Part shown: piece after piece, positions 47,710 to 61,390 of the stretch
Layout of the letters: every line of letters starts with the position of its first letter
Numbering within the stretch: position 1 is the stretch's first letter
NCBI GenBank assembly: GCA_964012805.1
Contig: CAXGUD010000020.1
Location: 12,090 to 76,089 of the forward strand
Direction of reading: 5' to 3'
Length of the DNA stretch: 64,000 bases
DNA from: an uncultured Bacteriovoracaceae bacterium
GTDB taxonomy: Bacteria > Bdellovibrionota > Bacteriovoracia > Bacteriovoracales > Bacteriovoracaceae
The notes under the pieces: generated by a model
What the model saw: only the letters and a program-made list of their open reading frames with translations
What the model was told of the DNA's origin: nothing
The model's database searches: none
Translations under genes and position numbers: made by a program

Positions 47710-50529
47710 ATGACTAAAAATGACCATATCATAATAAACAAAGCCAAAGTTCATAATTTAAAAAACATTAGCTTAGAGATTCCTAAGAATGCGATTACAG
47801 TAATAACAGGCCCTTCAGGCTCTGGAAAATCGTCACTAGCTTTTGATACACTCTTTGCTGAAGGGCAAAGAAGATATATAGAGTCACTTTCTACATATGC
47901 CAAACAGTTTATTGGAAAAATGCAACCACCAGATGTGGAATCTATTTCAGGTCTTTCGCCCTCAATTAGTATCGATCAAAAATCTATCATACAAAACCCT
48001 AGATCTACAGTTGGAACAACAACTGAAATATTTGATTACCTAAGACTTCTCTTTTCAAAAATAGGTGACTTATATTGCATAGAAACAGGGGATAAAATTT
48101 TTAAAAGTTCACCAAATTCAATTGTAAAAAGTATTTTAAGTTTTGAACACAAAACCAAAATACAAATATTGGCTCCACTTATACATAATAAGAAAGGTGA
48201 CTTTACTCACGAGCTTTCCAAATGTTCAACTATGGGTTTTTCCAAAGTCTATATTAATAAAATTTTATTTCAATTAAGTGATAAATACTCTTTCGACAAA
48301 CAAAAAAATTACTCTATTGACCTTGTAGTTGATAGGGTTCTTGTTAAAAAAGATATTGAAAAAAGATTATTCGATTCAGTTGAGTATGCTCTAAAATTAG
48401 GTCAAGGTGTTATTAAATATTTAGTAGGTGAAGATAATGATGAATATATTTTTAGTGAACATTATATGTCACCAAAAATTAACAAAATATATCCTAATTT
48501 GGATCCCAAACTTTTTTCTTTTAACTCTCCTTTAGGAGCCTGCAAAAAATGTAATGGGTTGGGGGAGTTAAAAACTTTTGATCCTGATTTAATTATAAAA
48601 AATCCTAACTTAAGTTTAAATCAAAATCCTTTCTCCGATATCATTGATAAAAACTCATTTTTTTATCAAATGATAAAAACATTTTTTATTAAAGAAAAAA
48701 TTAGCCTTGATGAACCTTATAAAAATCTTAAAATAGATCAAAAAAATACAATTTGGAAAGGTAGTAAAAAGAAATACCATTTCTCCTTTGAAGATGAAAA
48801 TACTAGTTACGATTTTAAAAAAGAATTTCCAGGTATTATTGAATGGCTAAACAAAAAAATTTCTGAAACAAAATCATCAAAACTTATTCAACATTATGAG
48901 ATATTTCAAAAAAACTCTTACTGTGAAATTTGTAATGGACAAAGACTAAATCCTATTGCTTTAAATACTAAAATATCTAGCAAAAATATAATGGAATTAT
49001 CCTCTTTATCAATTAAAGATCTCCTTATTTTTTTTAAAAACTTAAAATTGGAAAAAAATAAAAAACAAATTTCAAAAAAAATAATAAAAGAAATAATTAG
49101 TAGATTAACATTTTTAGAAGATGTGGGTCTCAGCTACCTTAGTTTATCTAGAAAATCTAACTCTTTATCAGGTGGAGAATCTCAAAGGATACGATTAGCA
49201 ACGCAAATAGGCTCTACTCTTTCCGGGGTTCTCTATGTACTAGATGAACCAAGCATTGGACTCCATCAAAAAGATAATCATCTTATTATTCAAACTTTAA
49301 AAAACTTAAAGGAACTTGGTAATACGGTCATAGTTGTAGAACATGAAGTTGAAACTATGTATTCCTCAGACTTTATTGTTGATATGGGCCCTAATGCTGG
49401 TATTAAAGGTGGAGAAATTGTAGCCCAGGGAACTATCGATGAAATTAAAAAAAATAAAAATTCAGAAACTGGAATGTATCTTTCTAAAAAGAAAATAATA
49501 AAAATTCCATCAAAACGAAAATTATTATCTAAATTTGTTGAAATTGAAGGCGCATCTTTACACAATATAAATAACCTCAATATTAAATTTCCATTAGAAG
49601 GATTCGTTTGTGTAACAGGTGTCAGTGGTTCTGGAAAAACAACACTTTTAAATAAAATACTCCTTCCTGGGATGAAAAAAGCCGTCTCTGAAAAAACTGA
49701 CACTATAAAAAACTCATTATTTTTTAAAAGTATGTCCGGTGCTAAAGCGATTCAAAGCATTGTTGAGTTAGACCAATCTTCAATAGGCAAATCTCCAAAA
49801 TCAAATCCTTCTACATATACAGGTCTTTTTAATGATATAAGAAAACTTTTTTCAGAAACACCAGAGTCAAAAATTCGTGGTTATTCTCCTAATAGATTTA
49901 GTTTTAATATCAAAGGTGGAAGATGCGAGGAATGTGAAGGTAATGGACAGAAAAAAATTGAAATGCATTTCCTACCAGACCTATACGTCCTCTGTAACGA
50001 ATGTAATGGACAGAAATTCAATAAAGAAACTCTTTCAATTATCTATAAAGGAAAGAATATCTCTGAGGTTTTAAACTTTACTGTAGATGAAGGTCTTATA
50101 TTTTTCCAAAATCATATGCGTTTAAACAGGATACTTTCTACATTATCAAATATAGGTTTAGGATATCTTAAACTTGGACAACCAGGAAACACTCTATCTG
50201 GAGGGGAAGCGCAAAGGCTAAAATTGGCCAAAGAATTATCTAAAAAAACCAAGGGCAACTGTCTTTATATATTGGATGAACCAACTACAGGCCTGCACTT
50301 TAAGGATATAGATATTTTGATTAAAGCATTATTTAAACTTATTAGTGATGGCCACTCAATTTTTATTATTGAACATAATTTAGAAGTCATTAAAATGGCT
50401 GACCATGTCATAGACCTGGGTCCGGGAGGAGGGGATAAGGGAGGGAAAGTTGTTGCTCAAGGAACTCCTGAAGAAATTAGCACGAAAAAAAACTCTTATA
50501 CTGGCCAATTTCTAAAAGCTCTTCTATAG
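47710..50529 (+). CDS. uvrA: Excinuclease ABC subunit A
   Basis: [46 protein letters not shown] and LSGGEAQR. Confidence 0.97.
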   Translation: MTKNDHIIINKAKVHNLKNISLEIPKNAITVITGPSGSGKSSLAFDTLFAEGQRRYIESLSTYAKQFIGKMQPPDVESISGLSPSISIDQKSIIQNPRSTVGTTTEIFDYLRLLFSKIGDLYCIETGDKIFKSSPNSIVKSILSFEHKTKIQILAPLIHNKKGDFTHELSKCSTMGFSKVYINKILFQLSDKYSFDKQKNYSIDLVVDRVLVKKDIEKRLFDSVEYALKLGQGVIKYLVGEDNDEYIFSEHYMSPKINKIYPNLDPKLFSFNSPLGACKKCNGLGELKTFDPDLIIKNPNLSLNQNPFSDIIDKNSFFYQMIKTFFIKEKISLDEPYKNLKIDQKNTIWKGSKKKYHFSFEDENTSYDFKKEFPGIIEWLNKKISETKSSKLIQHYEIFQKNSYCEICNGQRLNPIALNTKISSKNIMELSSLSIKDLLIFFKNLKLEKNKKQISKKIIKEIISRLTFLEDVGLSYLSLSRKSNSLSGGESQRIRLATQIGSTLSGVLYVLDEPSIGLHQKDNHLIIQTLKNLKELGNTVIVVEHEVETMYSSDFIVDMGPNAGIKGGEIVAQGTIDEIKKNKNSETGMYLSKKKIIKIPSKRKLLSKFVEIEGASLHNINNLNIKFPLEGFVCVTGVSGSGKTTLLNKILLPGMKKAVSEKTDTIKNSLFFKSMSGAKAIQSIVELDQSSIGKSPKSNPSTYTGLFNDIRKLFSETPESKIRGYSPNRFSFNIKGGRCEECEGNGQKKIEMHFLPDLYVLCNECNGQKFNKETLSIIYKGKNISEVLNFTVDEGLIFFQNHMRLNRILSTLSNIGLGYLKLGQPGNTLSGGEAQRLKLAKELSKKTKGNCLYILDEPTTGLHFKDIDILIKALFKLISDGHSIFIIEHNLEVIKMADHVIDLGPGGGDKGGKVVAQGTPEEISTKKNSYTGQFLKALL

Positions 50530-50536
50530 ACTCTTA

Positions 50537-51325
50537 ATGGATAAATCAAAAACTATTTCTACTCTAGATGACCCTTCAATTAAAGAGTTTATCAATTTAA
50601 AAAACTTCTGCTTGGAAAAAGAGAATAGTATTTGTGCTCAAAGTGAAAAAGTGATTCTGAAGCTTTTGAACAGTCATATTAATATCAAAAAGATTCTCGC
50701 TTCTGAGGATTTTTTTAAAGCTTATTACCACCTCATTAAAAAACGCGATTCTAAAATAGAACTTTTATTAGCAAACAAGAGTCTTCTCTCTCAAATAATT
50801 GGTTATAATCATCATAAAGGAGTCTTCGCTCTTGCTGAAAAGCCTCCGTTTACTCCAATTCCCCACCTAGGCCCGAATATTCTTATTTTTAACGGACTAA
50901 CAAGCCCTGAAAACGTTGGAACTCTTTGTAGAACAGCAGCTGCATTTAACATCAATAGTTTAATATTTGATCACAAATCAGCTAGCCCTTATTTAAAAAG
51001 GTCCATAAGGGTTTCTATGGGGAACGTTTTTAAATTAAAAATTCACTATAGTCATAATCTTGAAGAAGACTTAAGAAGTATCAAAGCAATGGGTTACCAA
51101 GTTATTGGAACAGGGAATGAGGTGGACTCAAAACCGATGACTTCTCAATATTTCCAAGGAAAAAATGCCCTAATTATAGGAAGTGAAGGACATGGAATGG
51201 ACCTAGAAATTAGAGCCTTATGCAATCACACCCTAAAAATTAAAATCAATGAAGAGGTAAAACACCTTAATGCAAGTGCCGCCGGTGCTATTTTCCTTCA
51301 TGAAGCTTCCAAGAGCTTTTTTTAA
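50537..51325 (+). CDS. TrmH/SpoU-family RNA methyltransferase
   Basis: PENVGTLCRTA, IGSEGHG and LNASAA SPOUT motifs. Confidence 0.92.
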   Translation: MDKSKTISTLDDPSIKEFINLKNFCLEKENSICAQSEKVILKLLNSHINIKKILASEDFFKAYYHLIKKRDSKIELLLANKSLLSQIIGYNHHKGVFALAEKPPFTPIPHLGPNILIFNGLTSPENVGTLCRTAAAFNINSLIFDHKSASPYLKRSIRVSMGNVFKLKIHYSHNLEEDLRSIKAMGYQVIGTGNEVDSKPMTSQYFQGKNALIIGSEGHGMDLEIRALCNHTLKIKINEEVKHLNASAAGAIFLHEASKSFF

Positions 51326-51328
51326 AAT

Positions 51329-51808
51329 TTAAAGGTCATTAGTCCTAAAGCTTTCTAATAAACTTGTCATTTCTATAGCAGTCAAGGCAGCTTCCCAACC
51401 TTTATTACCAGCTTTCGTACCGGCCCTTTCAATTGCCTGCTCTATAGTATCAGTAGTTAAAACACCAAAGGCTATTGGTACAGAAGTATCAAGGTTGATA
51501 CGTGATATCCCCTTGGCTACCTCAGAACAAACATAATCATAATGAGAGGTACTTCCTCTTATCACAGCACCCAAACAAACTACTGCGTCATAGTTGCCGG
51601 TTTCTGCCATTTTTTTTGCAAGCAATGGAATTTCAAAAGCGCCAGGAACCCAAGCTACATGAATATCTTCTTTTTCCGCCTGGTGCCGGTATAAGCAGTC
51701 CAAAGTTCCTTGCAATAATTTACCCGAAATAAACTCATTGAACCGGCTTACTACAACACCAAAACGCTTATTCTTGGCTACTAATTTACCTTCATAAACT
51801 TTTTCCAT
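51329..51808 (-). CDS. ribH: 6,7-dimethyl-8-ribityllumazine synthase
   Basis: [20 protein letters not shown] and GNKG. Confidence 0.97.
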   Translation of the reverse strand: MEKVYEGKLVAKNKRFGVVVSRFNEFISGKLLQGTLDCLYRHQAEKEDIHVAWVPGAFEIPLLAKKMAETGNYDAVVCLGAVIRGSTSHYDYVCSEVAKGISRINLDTSVPIAFGVLTTDTIEQAIERAGTKAGNKGWEAALTAIEMTSLLESFRTNDL

Positions 51809-51824
51809 ATCGCCCTCTAAGTTT

Positions 51825-53033
51825 TTATAAATGATTTAAAATTTGATGTCCCATTTTATCTCTTTTAGCTTCCAAATATTTTAGATTTGTTTCATTTGGA
51901 AAAATCTCAAGAGGAGTTTTGATTACAACATCAACCCCGCTTTCTTGAAGTCCACTTACTTTTAATGGATTATTAGTAAGAAGATTTATTTTATTAATAT
52001 TAAAGTATTTTAATATCTGGGCTGCAAAGCTATATTCTCTTAAGTCCTCTTCAAAACCTAATTTGTGATTCGCACTAATCGTGTCAAATCCTTTGTCTTG
52101 AAGTTCATAAGCTTTGATTTTATTCTCTAAGCCTATTCCTCGTCCTTCTTGTCTAAGGTAGATTATTAAACCCTTACCCTTTTCCTCGATGACTTCCATA
52201 GACTTGTTTAATTGGTCTCCACAATCACATCTTTTTGACCCAAATATATCACCAGTAAAACACTCAGAGTGAACCCTTACCAAAAGGGGTTCATCAATCT
52301 CTTTTAAATCCCCTTTTACAAAAGCTAGGTGGTGCTCATTATTCAACTGACTCTTAAATGAAAAGAGCTCGAAGTCTCCTTTTTCACAAGGAAAAGGAAT
52401 TGAAGCCTGTTTTTCAATAAATAACTCTGTTTTTCTTCTATATTGTATTAAATCTTTAATCGTAATAATTTTAAGCCCAAACTTCTTAGCCACTTTAAAA
52501 AGCTCATCTTGCCTTGCCATAGACCCATCAAGATTTGAAATTTCACAAATAACACCAGAAGGATTTAATCCCGCCATACGAGAAAGGTCCACTGCAGCTT
52601 CGGTATGGCCATCACGAACGAGTACACCACCAGATTGGGCGATAAGAGGAAAAATATGTCCAGGTCGAAGCAATTCTTCAGGCTTAGTATTTTTATTAAC
52701 AATAGACTTTACCGTTTTCGCCCTATCTTCTGCAGATATGCCAGTACCACTGCTGACAAAATCGACACTCACAGTAAAAGCCGTCTGGTGGAGCGACTTA
52801 TTAGACTTTATCATCAGATCTAACTCTAACTCTTCAGCCCTTTCCTCGGTGATAGGAACACAAATAAGTCCGCGCCCCTCACAAGCCATAAAATTTATAG
52901 ACTCGGCTGTTATGTGTTCTGCCGCCATAATGAAGTCGCCTTCATTTTCACGACTTTCATCATCAACGACTATAATCATCTTGCCAGCTTTAATATCATC
53001 TAAAGCACTCTCTATACTGTCAAAACAAACCAC
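51825..53033 (-). CDS. ribBA: Bifunctional DHBP synthase / GTP cyclohydrolase II
   Basis: [33 protein letters not shown] and QEGRGIG. Confidence 0.97.
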   Translation of the reverse strand: MVCFDSIESALDDIKAGKMIIVVDDESRENEGDFIMAAEHITAESINFMACEGRGLICVPITEERAEELELDLMIKSNKSLHQTAFTVSVDFVSSGTGISAEDRAKTVKSIVNKNTKPEELLRPGHIFPLIAQSGGVLVRDGHTEAAVDLSRMAGLNPSGVICEISNLDGSMARQDELFKVAKKFGLKIITIKDLIQYRRKTELFIEKQASIPFPCEKGDFELFSFKSQLNNEHHLAFVKGDLKEIDEPLLVRVHSECFTGDIFGSKRCDCGDQLNKSMEVIEEKGKGLIIYLRQEGRGIGLENKIKAYELQDKGFDTISANHKLGFEEDLREYSFAAQILKYFNINKINLLTNNPLKVSGLQESGVDVVIKTPLEIFPNETNLKYLEAKRDKMGHQILNHL

Positions 53034-53034
53034 C

Positions 53035-53697
53035 TCAAAACCCTTTAGACTTAAGCCAATCCATGGTTAAAGGAAGCCTTCCTTCTGTAGAATTTTCCTT
53101 ATGTGTAAAAACCAAAAGTCTTTCTATATACTTGGCAAATATATCAACTTCAATATTAACTTCATGCCCAAGCTTTCTATTTCGTAAAATTGTATTATCC
53201 CAAGTATGGGGTATCACTGAGACAGTGAAAGTACCACTTTCATCATTGAGATTTGAAACTGTTAAACTAATTCCCTCAACAGCAACAGAGCCTTCTTGAA
53301 CAAGGTACGGAGCTATCTCTGAGTCGAGGGCCATAGTTAACAAATAATTTTTCCCATACTTTTCTATTTTGCTTATATTAGTTTTCTTATTTACATGACC
53401 CTGAACGATATGCCCACCAAGCCTGTCACTTACTTTCAAGGCAAGTTCCAAATTAACCTCGTCATTTGGCTTCAAAGACCCAAGAGTCGTTTTTTCAAGA
53501 GAAATATAAACGACCTGAACGAAGAATAAATCCCCTTCAATAGAAGTAACTGTTTGGCATACACCATTAATAGAAACGGAGTCGTCTACCTTTATATCAG
53601 ATGCTAAAAAGCTAGATCTTATGCCTAACCGCACACCTTCTGCATTTTTATTCCTAAAGGCAACTTTACCTATATCCTGAACTAAACCTGTAAACAT
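53035..53697 (-). CDS. ribE: Riboflavin synthase (alpha chain)
   Basis: MFTGL start, INGVCQT, GGHIVQGH and VNIEVD. Confidence 0.96.
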   Translation of the reverse strand: MFTGLVQDIGKVAFRNKNAEGVRLGIRSSFLASDIKVDDSVSINGVCQTVTSIEGDLFFVQVVYISLEKTTLGSLKPNDEVNLELALKVSDRLGGHIVQGHVNKKTNISKIEKYGKNYLLTMALDSEIAPYLVQEGSVAVEGISLTVSNLNDESGTFTVSVIPHTWDNTILRNRKLGHEVNIEVDIFAKYIERLLVFTHKENSTEGRLPLTMDWLKSKGF

Positions 53698-53819
53698 TAT
53701 ATTTTAGATCCAAAAAGTGAACCGTTTTCACGATTTCTGCCAGTTTATATCGTGGAATAGTAGATACCTTGATAGGCGTTATATTTCAAGTGTGTTCCTT
53801 CAAACACAAAGCGTTAAAT

Positions 53820-53848
53820 AAAAAAAAACCCCTCAAAGAGGGGTCTTT
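53820..53848 (-). terminator. Rho-independent terminator after atpE
   Basis: Stem ACCCCTC-AAA-GAGGGGT followed on the minus strand by a run of at least 8 T. Confidence 0.85.
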
Positions 53849-53867
53849 AGAGTCTATTTTAATCTTA

Positions 53868-54173
53868 TTAAGCAAGAAAGATAGAAATAAGAGTAAAGAT
53901 GACAAGTGATTCCATAAGAGCAAGACCTAGAATCATAGGTGTCATAATCTTATCTGCAGCAGATGGGTTTCTGGCAATCCCTTCTAGAGCAACAGAAGCT
54001 GCACGTGATTGCGCAAAAGTTCCACCAACAGCTGCTAAAGCAATCGCGATGAAATAGAAAGATGCTTTTTGGTTAGAACTCCAACCACCAGCTTGTAAAA
54101 GCTCAAGCTCTGAAGCTGCCATAACCATTGGGCTTGATGCAAGACCAAGAAGGATCAAAGATAATTTTTTCAT
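53868..54173 (-). CDS. atpE: F0 ATP synthase subunit c with N-terminal extension
   Basis: IARNP loop and LMESL with the ion-binding glutamate. Confidence 0.95.
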   Translation of the reverse strand: MKKLSLILLGLASSPMVMAASELELLQAGGWSSNQKASFYFIAIALAAVGGTFAQSRAASVALEGIARNPSAADKIMTPMILGLALMESLVIFTLISIFLA

Positions 54174-54199
54174 TTTAATCTCCTTAAGAAAAAATTTAT

Positions 54200-54985
54200 T
54201 TAATGGGCTGCATGCTCATCATGATCGTGATGGGACACAGCTAAACTAATATAAACCATAGAAAGTACTGTAAAAACATAGGCTTGGATAATACTAACGA
54301 GTATGCCCAGCACCATAAATATTATTGGTATTATGGCTGGTGCCAACTCAGAGAATTTGGTTAAAACAAGATGATCCCCAAACATATTCCCTCTTAGCCT
54401 TAAAGCGAGAGAAACTGGACGAATTAAATTAGATAAAATTTCTATTGGGAAAATAAGAATTGCCATATACCACAGAGGCCCTGCAAAGTGCTTCAAATAA
54501 TTTATTACACCTAACTCCTTACACCCTTTAACATTGTAGAAAATAAAAGAAAAAATCCCTAAGGCAATCGTTGTATTCAAAAACTCCGTCGGAGGAAGAA
54601 AGCCTGGAATTAAGCCAATTAAATTGGATAACAATATAACAAGAAAAATAGTAGCCACAAACCCAAAATACTTTGGAGCACTTTTTTCACCAATTACAAG
54701 CTTACATTGGTCAAAAATAAACTGGCCGTACGCCTCTACTAAATTTCTGAAGGTAATGCCTTTGTCTGGTATTACAATATTAACAACACTCGAAAGCTTT
54801 GATCGATAAACCAAACCAGCCAAGAGAATAAAAACACCTATCATTCCAAAGGTTAAAATATAATGCAGTTCTTTAATATCGTTCCCAGGAAGCAACGCTC
54901 CCTGTGCAGCTTCTATCCAAGTAAACCCAGCTGCACTCACATTGAAGGTAGCAAAAGAAGTTATCAATAGCGCCAGTCTTTTCAT
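54200..54985 (-). CDS. atpB: F0 ATP synthase subunit a
   Basis: [21 protein letters not shown] and IQAYVF. Confidence 0.96.
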   Translation of the reverse strand: MKRLALLITSFATFNVSAAGFTWIEAAQGALLPGNDIKELHYILTFGMIGVFILLAGLVYRSKLSSVVNIVIPDKGITFRNLVEAYGQFIFDQCKLVIGEKSAPKYFGFVATIFLVILLSNLIGLIPGFLPPTEFLNTTIALGIFSFIFYNVKGCKELGVINYLKHFAGPLWYMAILIFPIEILSNLIRPVSLALRLRGNMFGDHLVLTKFSELAPAIIPIIFMVLGILVSIIQAYVFTVLSMVYISLAVSHHDHDEHAAH

Positions 54986-55007
54986 TTAAAATCTTTCCTT
55001 TCCATCT

Positions 55008-55382
55008 CTATTTCTTTTTTTCTTTCTCAAATCCAAACAATACAAGGACAAAGATTAAAACCACGTAATTTATCAACGGTATTAATACCCTCTTGCCCAT
55101 TAAATGTACACCCAAAGATAAGGATCCAAAGAGAATTACTAATTTTCCAACAAAGAGTAAAACAATTTTTTTATTTGATTTTCGACTTTCCGTACCAATA
55201 AATGGAAGTAACATTTCTCTTAAGGATGCAACAAGCATTATCTGATTCAAAACTGTCCCAAAGTAGACAATAAAAACAGCTAGAACATCAATCCATGTCC
55301 TACACAAAGCAATGCAAAGTGCCGTAGACGGCAAAGAAAAGAGAATATATCGCCTAAGATTTAGTTCTGTTTTTAATCGCAT
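55008..55382 (-). CDS. AtpI-like four-TM ATP synthase accessory protein
   Basis: Four hydrophobic helices directly upstream of atpB; call is mainly positional. Confidence 0.6.
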   Translation of the reverse strand: MRLKTELNLRRYILFSLPSTALCIALCRTWIDVLAVFIVYFGTVLNQIMLVASLREMLLPFIGTESRKSNKKIVLLFVGKLVILFGSLSLGVHLMGKRVLIPLINYVVLIFVLVLFGFEKEKKK

Positions 55383-55560
55383 AAAAAACTATTAGAAAAA
55401 TTGTATTACAGACCAGTGCAACAAATAGTAAAGCGCCTGCCCACTTTTCCAATACCTTCTCAATTACTAGAAGTCTACATAACCAAGCAGAAACAAAAAT
55501 TGTTGTAGGTAAACTTAAGGCCAAAGAGACAATTTTAAACCACTTTTTCTCTATTTTCAC
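55354..55560 (-). CDS. AtpZ/AtpI-family two-TM small protein
   Basis: Two TMs; first gene of the F0 cluster; call is positional. Confidence 0.5.
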   Translation of the reverse strand: MKIEKKWFKIVSLALSLPTTIFVSAWLCRLLVIEKVLEKWAGALLFVALVCNTIFLIVFYAIKNRTKS

Positions 55561-55572
55561 AATTAAGGACAG

Positions 55573-56364
55573 CTACCTTTTTCTTGCAATTCTTCTCTTG
55601 TATAAAGAGTTCAACCTATTTTTAATCACATCGTTATTAGGATATTCACCCAAAATGGAATAATAAATATTATAAGCCTTCTTCAGCTCTTCCATCGTCT
55701 CATAAGCATTACCCATTAAAAACTTCGTCTGAACAATATTATCCCTTCTTTTTTCTAAAGAAATATATGTTTCCCAAAACCTGATTGCTTTCTTCCAATC
55801 CTTAGTTTTGAAAAAAATTAAACCTGAGTAATAAAGAGATTTTAAATAATATTCATGCTCTCTATAACTTATTATTTCTTGGAAAGTCCTCTCAGCCTTT
55901 TTAAACTCATTGGAATTCAAATAAGATAGTCCAAGCCTGTAATGATAAAAATCATGTTTCTTAAGTCTTGGTTTAAATTGAATAAGTCTTTTATAACTCT
56001 CACTGGCCCTTTTAAAATTCTTTAAATAAGAAAAGTCTATTTCAGCAATTTTTTCTTCAACCTTTACCAGCTCTCTTAAATCTTCAGATAGTTTGAGGAT
56101 CCTAGAATAATATTCAATAGCTAAATTATTGTTATCTAAATGGATTGAGTACAGCTCACCTAATTGATAATAGATTTTAATTTTGACTTTTTTTGGAGCA
56201 ACTCCATTAAGAATTCTTTTATACTTTAAAGCTGCCTTTTTATAATTCTGTGTATTTATAAAGCCCTGGGCTTCAAGAATTTCCTTATGCAGCCGTGGAG
56301 AAAAGTCACAGCTGCATAATGATAAAAAAATAGCGGTGATTAATGCTAATTTTTTAAAATTCAA
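55573..56364 (-). CDS. TPR-repeat lipoprotein (start reassigned to TTG at 56364)
   Basis: MNFKKLALITAIFLSLCSC lipobox-like signal with AAGGA RBS; TPR repeats (YYQLGELY, YRLGLSY, FLMGNAY). Confidence 0.78.
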   Translation of the reverse strand: MNFKKLALITAIFLSLCSCDFSPRLHKEILEAQGFINTQNYKKAALKYKRILNGVAPKKVKIKIYYQLGELYSIHLDNNNLAIEYYSRILKLSEDLRELVKVEEKIAEIDFSYLKNFKRASESYKRLIQFKPRLKKHDFYHYRLGLSYLNSNEFKKAERTFQEIISYREHEYYLKSLYYSGLIFFKTKDWKKAIRFWETYISLEKRRDNIVQTKFLMGNAYETMEELKKAYNIYYSILGEYPNNDVIKNRLNSLYKRRIARKR

Positions 56365-56368
56365 ATAT

Positions 56369-58837
56369 TTATTCCTTTGAACCAGATGGATTTTCGGGGT
56401 CAGCAATTTTTTCAACAGCAACTACTTTCTCAGACGCTTTCAACCGTATTATACGCACACCTTGAGTAGTTCTTCCTAATAAAGAAATTCCGGCAATTTT
56501 TGTACGAATTACCTGCCCTTTGTCTGTAATGATCATGAGATCATCTTTATCAGTCACAGGTTTAATTTGAACAATCTCACCATTCTTTTCTGTCAATCTC
56601 ATGGCCAGAATACCCTTACCACCCCTGGATTGCTTTCTATACTGTGAAGAAATTGTTCTCTTTCCATAACCATTTTCTGTTACAGATAAGATTTCTACAT
56701 TATCATCGATTAATTCCATTCCAATAATTTTCTCATCTTCATTAATCGCAATTCCTTTTACACCCTGAGAAACTCTTCCTTGTGGCCGGCAGTCCGACTC
56801 AGGAAATCTAATAATTTTTCCTGATGAAGAACACAATAAAACATCCTGTGAGCCGTCCGTAACTCTAACGTTAAGGAGGCTATCGCCATCCTGAATTTTA
56901 ATGGCTCTTAGTCCACTCTGTTTAATATTTTTATAATCCGACAAAGGAGTCTTTTTAACAATTCCTCTTTCCGTAGCAAAAATGAGGAACTGATTATCAA
57001 AGTTCTTTGGAACTCTAACAACTTCTTTGATTTTCTCTCCTGAAGGAACCTGAAGAAGATTTACTAAGTTTCTTCCTTTAGAAGTCCTTGTACCTTCAGG
57101 TATGTTATAGACCTTCGTTGAAAAAACTAAGCCTCTTGAAGTGAAAAACAAGATTGTCGAGTGGGTATCCGCTGTAAAAATATCAGTAAAAAAATCATCC
57201 TCTACATTGTTTGCACCCTTAACACCTGTTCCACCTCTTTTTTGGGTTTTATAGGTATCAATGGCCATTCTTTTTATATAACCCTTGTGAGTAATTGTTA
57301 CAATTTGATCTTCTTGTTTAATTAAATCTTCGATATTAATTTCATCAGTTTTAGCAACGATTTGAGTCTTTCTCTCATCCCCAAACTTATCAATAGTCTC
57401 GTCGAACTCTTTATCAATTATATTTCTTATTTCATTTTCATCAGCAAGAATAGACTCTAACTTTTTAATCAAAGCCATCATCTCTTCATATTCTTTAACA
57501 ATTTTATCTCTTTCGAGGCCAGTTATCCTTCTCAACTGCATATCAAGGACAGCTTGGGCTTGAATTTCAGAAAATGAATATTTTTCTATTAAAGACTTTT
57601 TAGCGTGACTAGGTCCTTCAGCCTTCTTTATCAACTCTATAATTTCATCTACATTTTCAACCGCAATTTTCAGACCTTCTAAAATGTGTGCTTTTTCTTT
57701 TGCCTTTTTTAGCTCATAAACGGTCCTTCTTATGACAATTTCTCTTCTATGATCTAAAAAGCATTGCAACTGCTCTTTGATGTTCATTACCTTAGGACTA
57801 CCGTTTGAAATAGAAAGAAAAATAATGCCAAATGAGACCTGTAATTGAGTATGCTTAAAAAGACGATTTACAATAACCGAAGATATCTCGCCTTTCTTAA
57901 CCTCTATACACACTCGGATACCTAATCTATTAGATTCATCCCTAATATCAGAAATACCTGTTATAGATTTTGAGTTAACAAGCTCTGCTATCTTTTCAAT
58001 CAACTTAGCCTTATTAACCTGATAGGGGAGTTCTGAAATAACAATTCTTTCCCTATCTTTTCCATAAGTTTCAATATCAACCTTTGCTCTTATTTGTATA
58101 ACACCCTTTCCAGTTTTATAGGCTGAGCGGATCCCTTCTTGACCATGAATAGAGCCCGCCGTTGGGAAGTCAGGACCAGGCATAATCTTCATAATATCAT
58201 CAATTGAAAGACTAGAATCTTGAAGCAGTGCCTTTAGAGAAACGCAAACTTCTTTTAAGTTATGGGGTGGTATATTAGTCGCCATACCAACAGCAATACC
58301 AGCGGAACCATTTACAAGTAAGTTAGGAATTTTAGTTGGTAGAACCTGAGGTTCCTTTAAAGAGTCATCATAGTTAGGCTGCCAATCGACAGTCTCTTTA
58401 TCCAAATCCCGAAGCATTTCTTCGGCAAGCTTATCCATTCGAATTTCGGTGTACCTCATTGCGGCTGCGCTATCACCATCGATTGACCCAAAGTTACCTT
58501 GCCCATCAACAAGAGGGTATCTTAGAGAAAAACTCTGTGCCATCCTAACAATCGTCCCATAAACAGCAGAATCACCATGCGGATGATACTTACCAATAAT
58601 ATCACCAACAATTCTAGCTGATTTTAAATAGGGCCTATTATGAACATTATTCAAAGTATGCATTGAGTACAATGCTCTCCGGTGGACAGGCTTCATTCCA
58701 TCTCTTACGTCCGGAAGAGCTCGACCAACAATAACAGACATAGCGTAATCTAAATAACAATCCTTCATTTCTTTTTGTAAAGGGATTGGATTTATTTTAT
58801 CTTTTTTAGGAGTTTCCTCACCTGTATTTTCAGACAT
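56369..58837 (-). CDS. gyrA: DNA gyrase subunit A
   Basis: RALPDVRDG, YHPHGDSA, AAMRYTE and GyrA-box QKRGGTG. Confidence 0.98.
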   Translation of the reverse strand: MSENTGEETPKKDKINPIPLQKEMKDCYLDYAMSVIVGRALPDVRDGMKPVHRRALYSMHTLNNVHNRPYLKSARIVGDIIGKYHPHGDSAVYGTIVRMAQSFSLRYPLVDGQGNFGSIDGDSAAAMRYTEIRMDKLAEEMLRDLDKETVDWQPNYDDSLKEPQVLPTKIPNLLVNGSAGIAVGMATNIPPHNLKEVCVSLKALLQDSSLSIDDIMKIMPGPDFPTAGSIHGQEGIRSAYKTGKGVIQIRAKVDIETYGKDRERIVISELPYQVNKAKLIEKIAELVNSKSITGISDIRDESNRLGIRVCIEVKKGEISSVIVNRLFKHTQLQVSFGIIFLSISNGSPKVMNIKEQLQCFLDHRREIVIRRTVYELKKAKEKAHILEGLKIAVENVDEIIELIKKAEGPSHAKKSLIEKYSFSEIQAQAVLDMQLRRITGLERDKIVKEYEEMMALIKKLESILADENEIRNIIDKEFDETIDKFGDERKTQIVAKTDEINIEDLIKQEDQIVTITHKGYIKRMAIDTYKTQKRGGTGVKGANNVEDDFFTDIFTADTHSTILFFTSRGLVFSTKVYNIPEGTRTSKGRNLVNLLQVPSGEKIKEVVRVPKNFDNQFLIFATERGIVKKTPLSDYKNIKQSGLRAIKIQDGDSLLNVRVTDGSQDVLLCSSSGKIIRFPESDCRPQGRVSQGVKGIAINEDEKIIGMELIDDNVEILSVTENGYGKRTISSQYRKQSRGGKGILAMRLTEKNGEIVQIKPVTDKDDLMIITDKGQVIRTKIAGISLLGRTTQGVRIIRLKASEKVVAVEKIADPENPSGSKE

Positions 58838-58867
58838 TTGAAATAACCTTCTTTTTTTTACTTTTAA

Positions 58868-61345
<2,478 letters not shown>

Positions 61346-61390
61346 TTATGTGATAGCGAAACAAAATATTTGCCTCACCATTTTTAATTT

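Noticed and set aside
53698..53819. FMN riboswitch upstream of ribE
   Set aside because: No RFN conserved core (such as GGGCAGGGTGAAATTCCC or AGTCCG) on the minus strand; only a small TGTGTT/AACACA hairpin.
56365..56421. 53 bp overlap between gyrA and the TPR gene
   Set aside because: A downstream TTG at 56364 with an RBS and lipoprotein signal removes the overlap.
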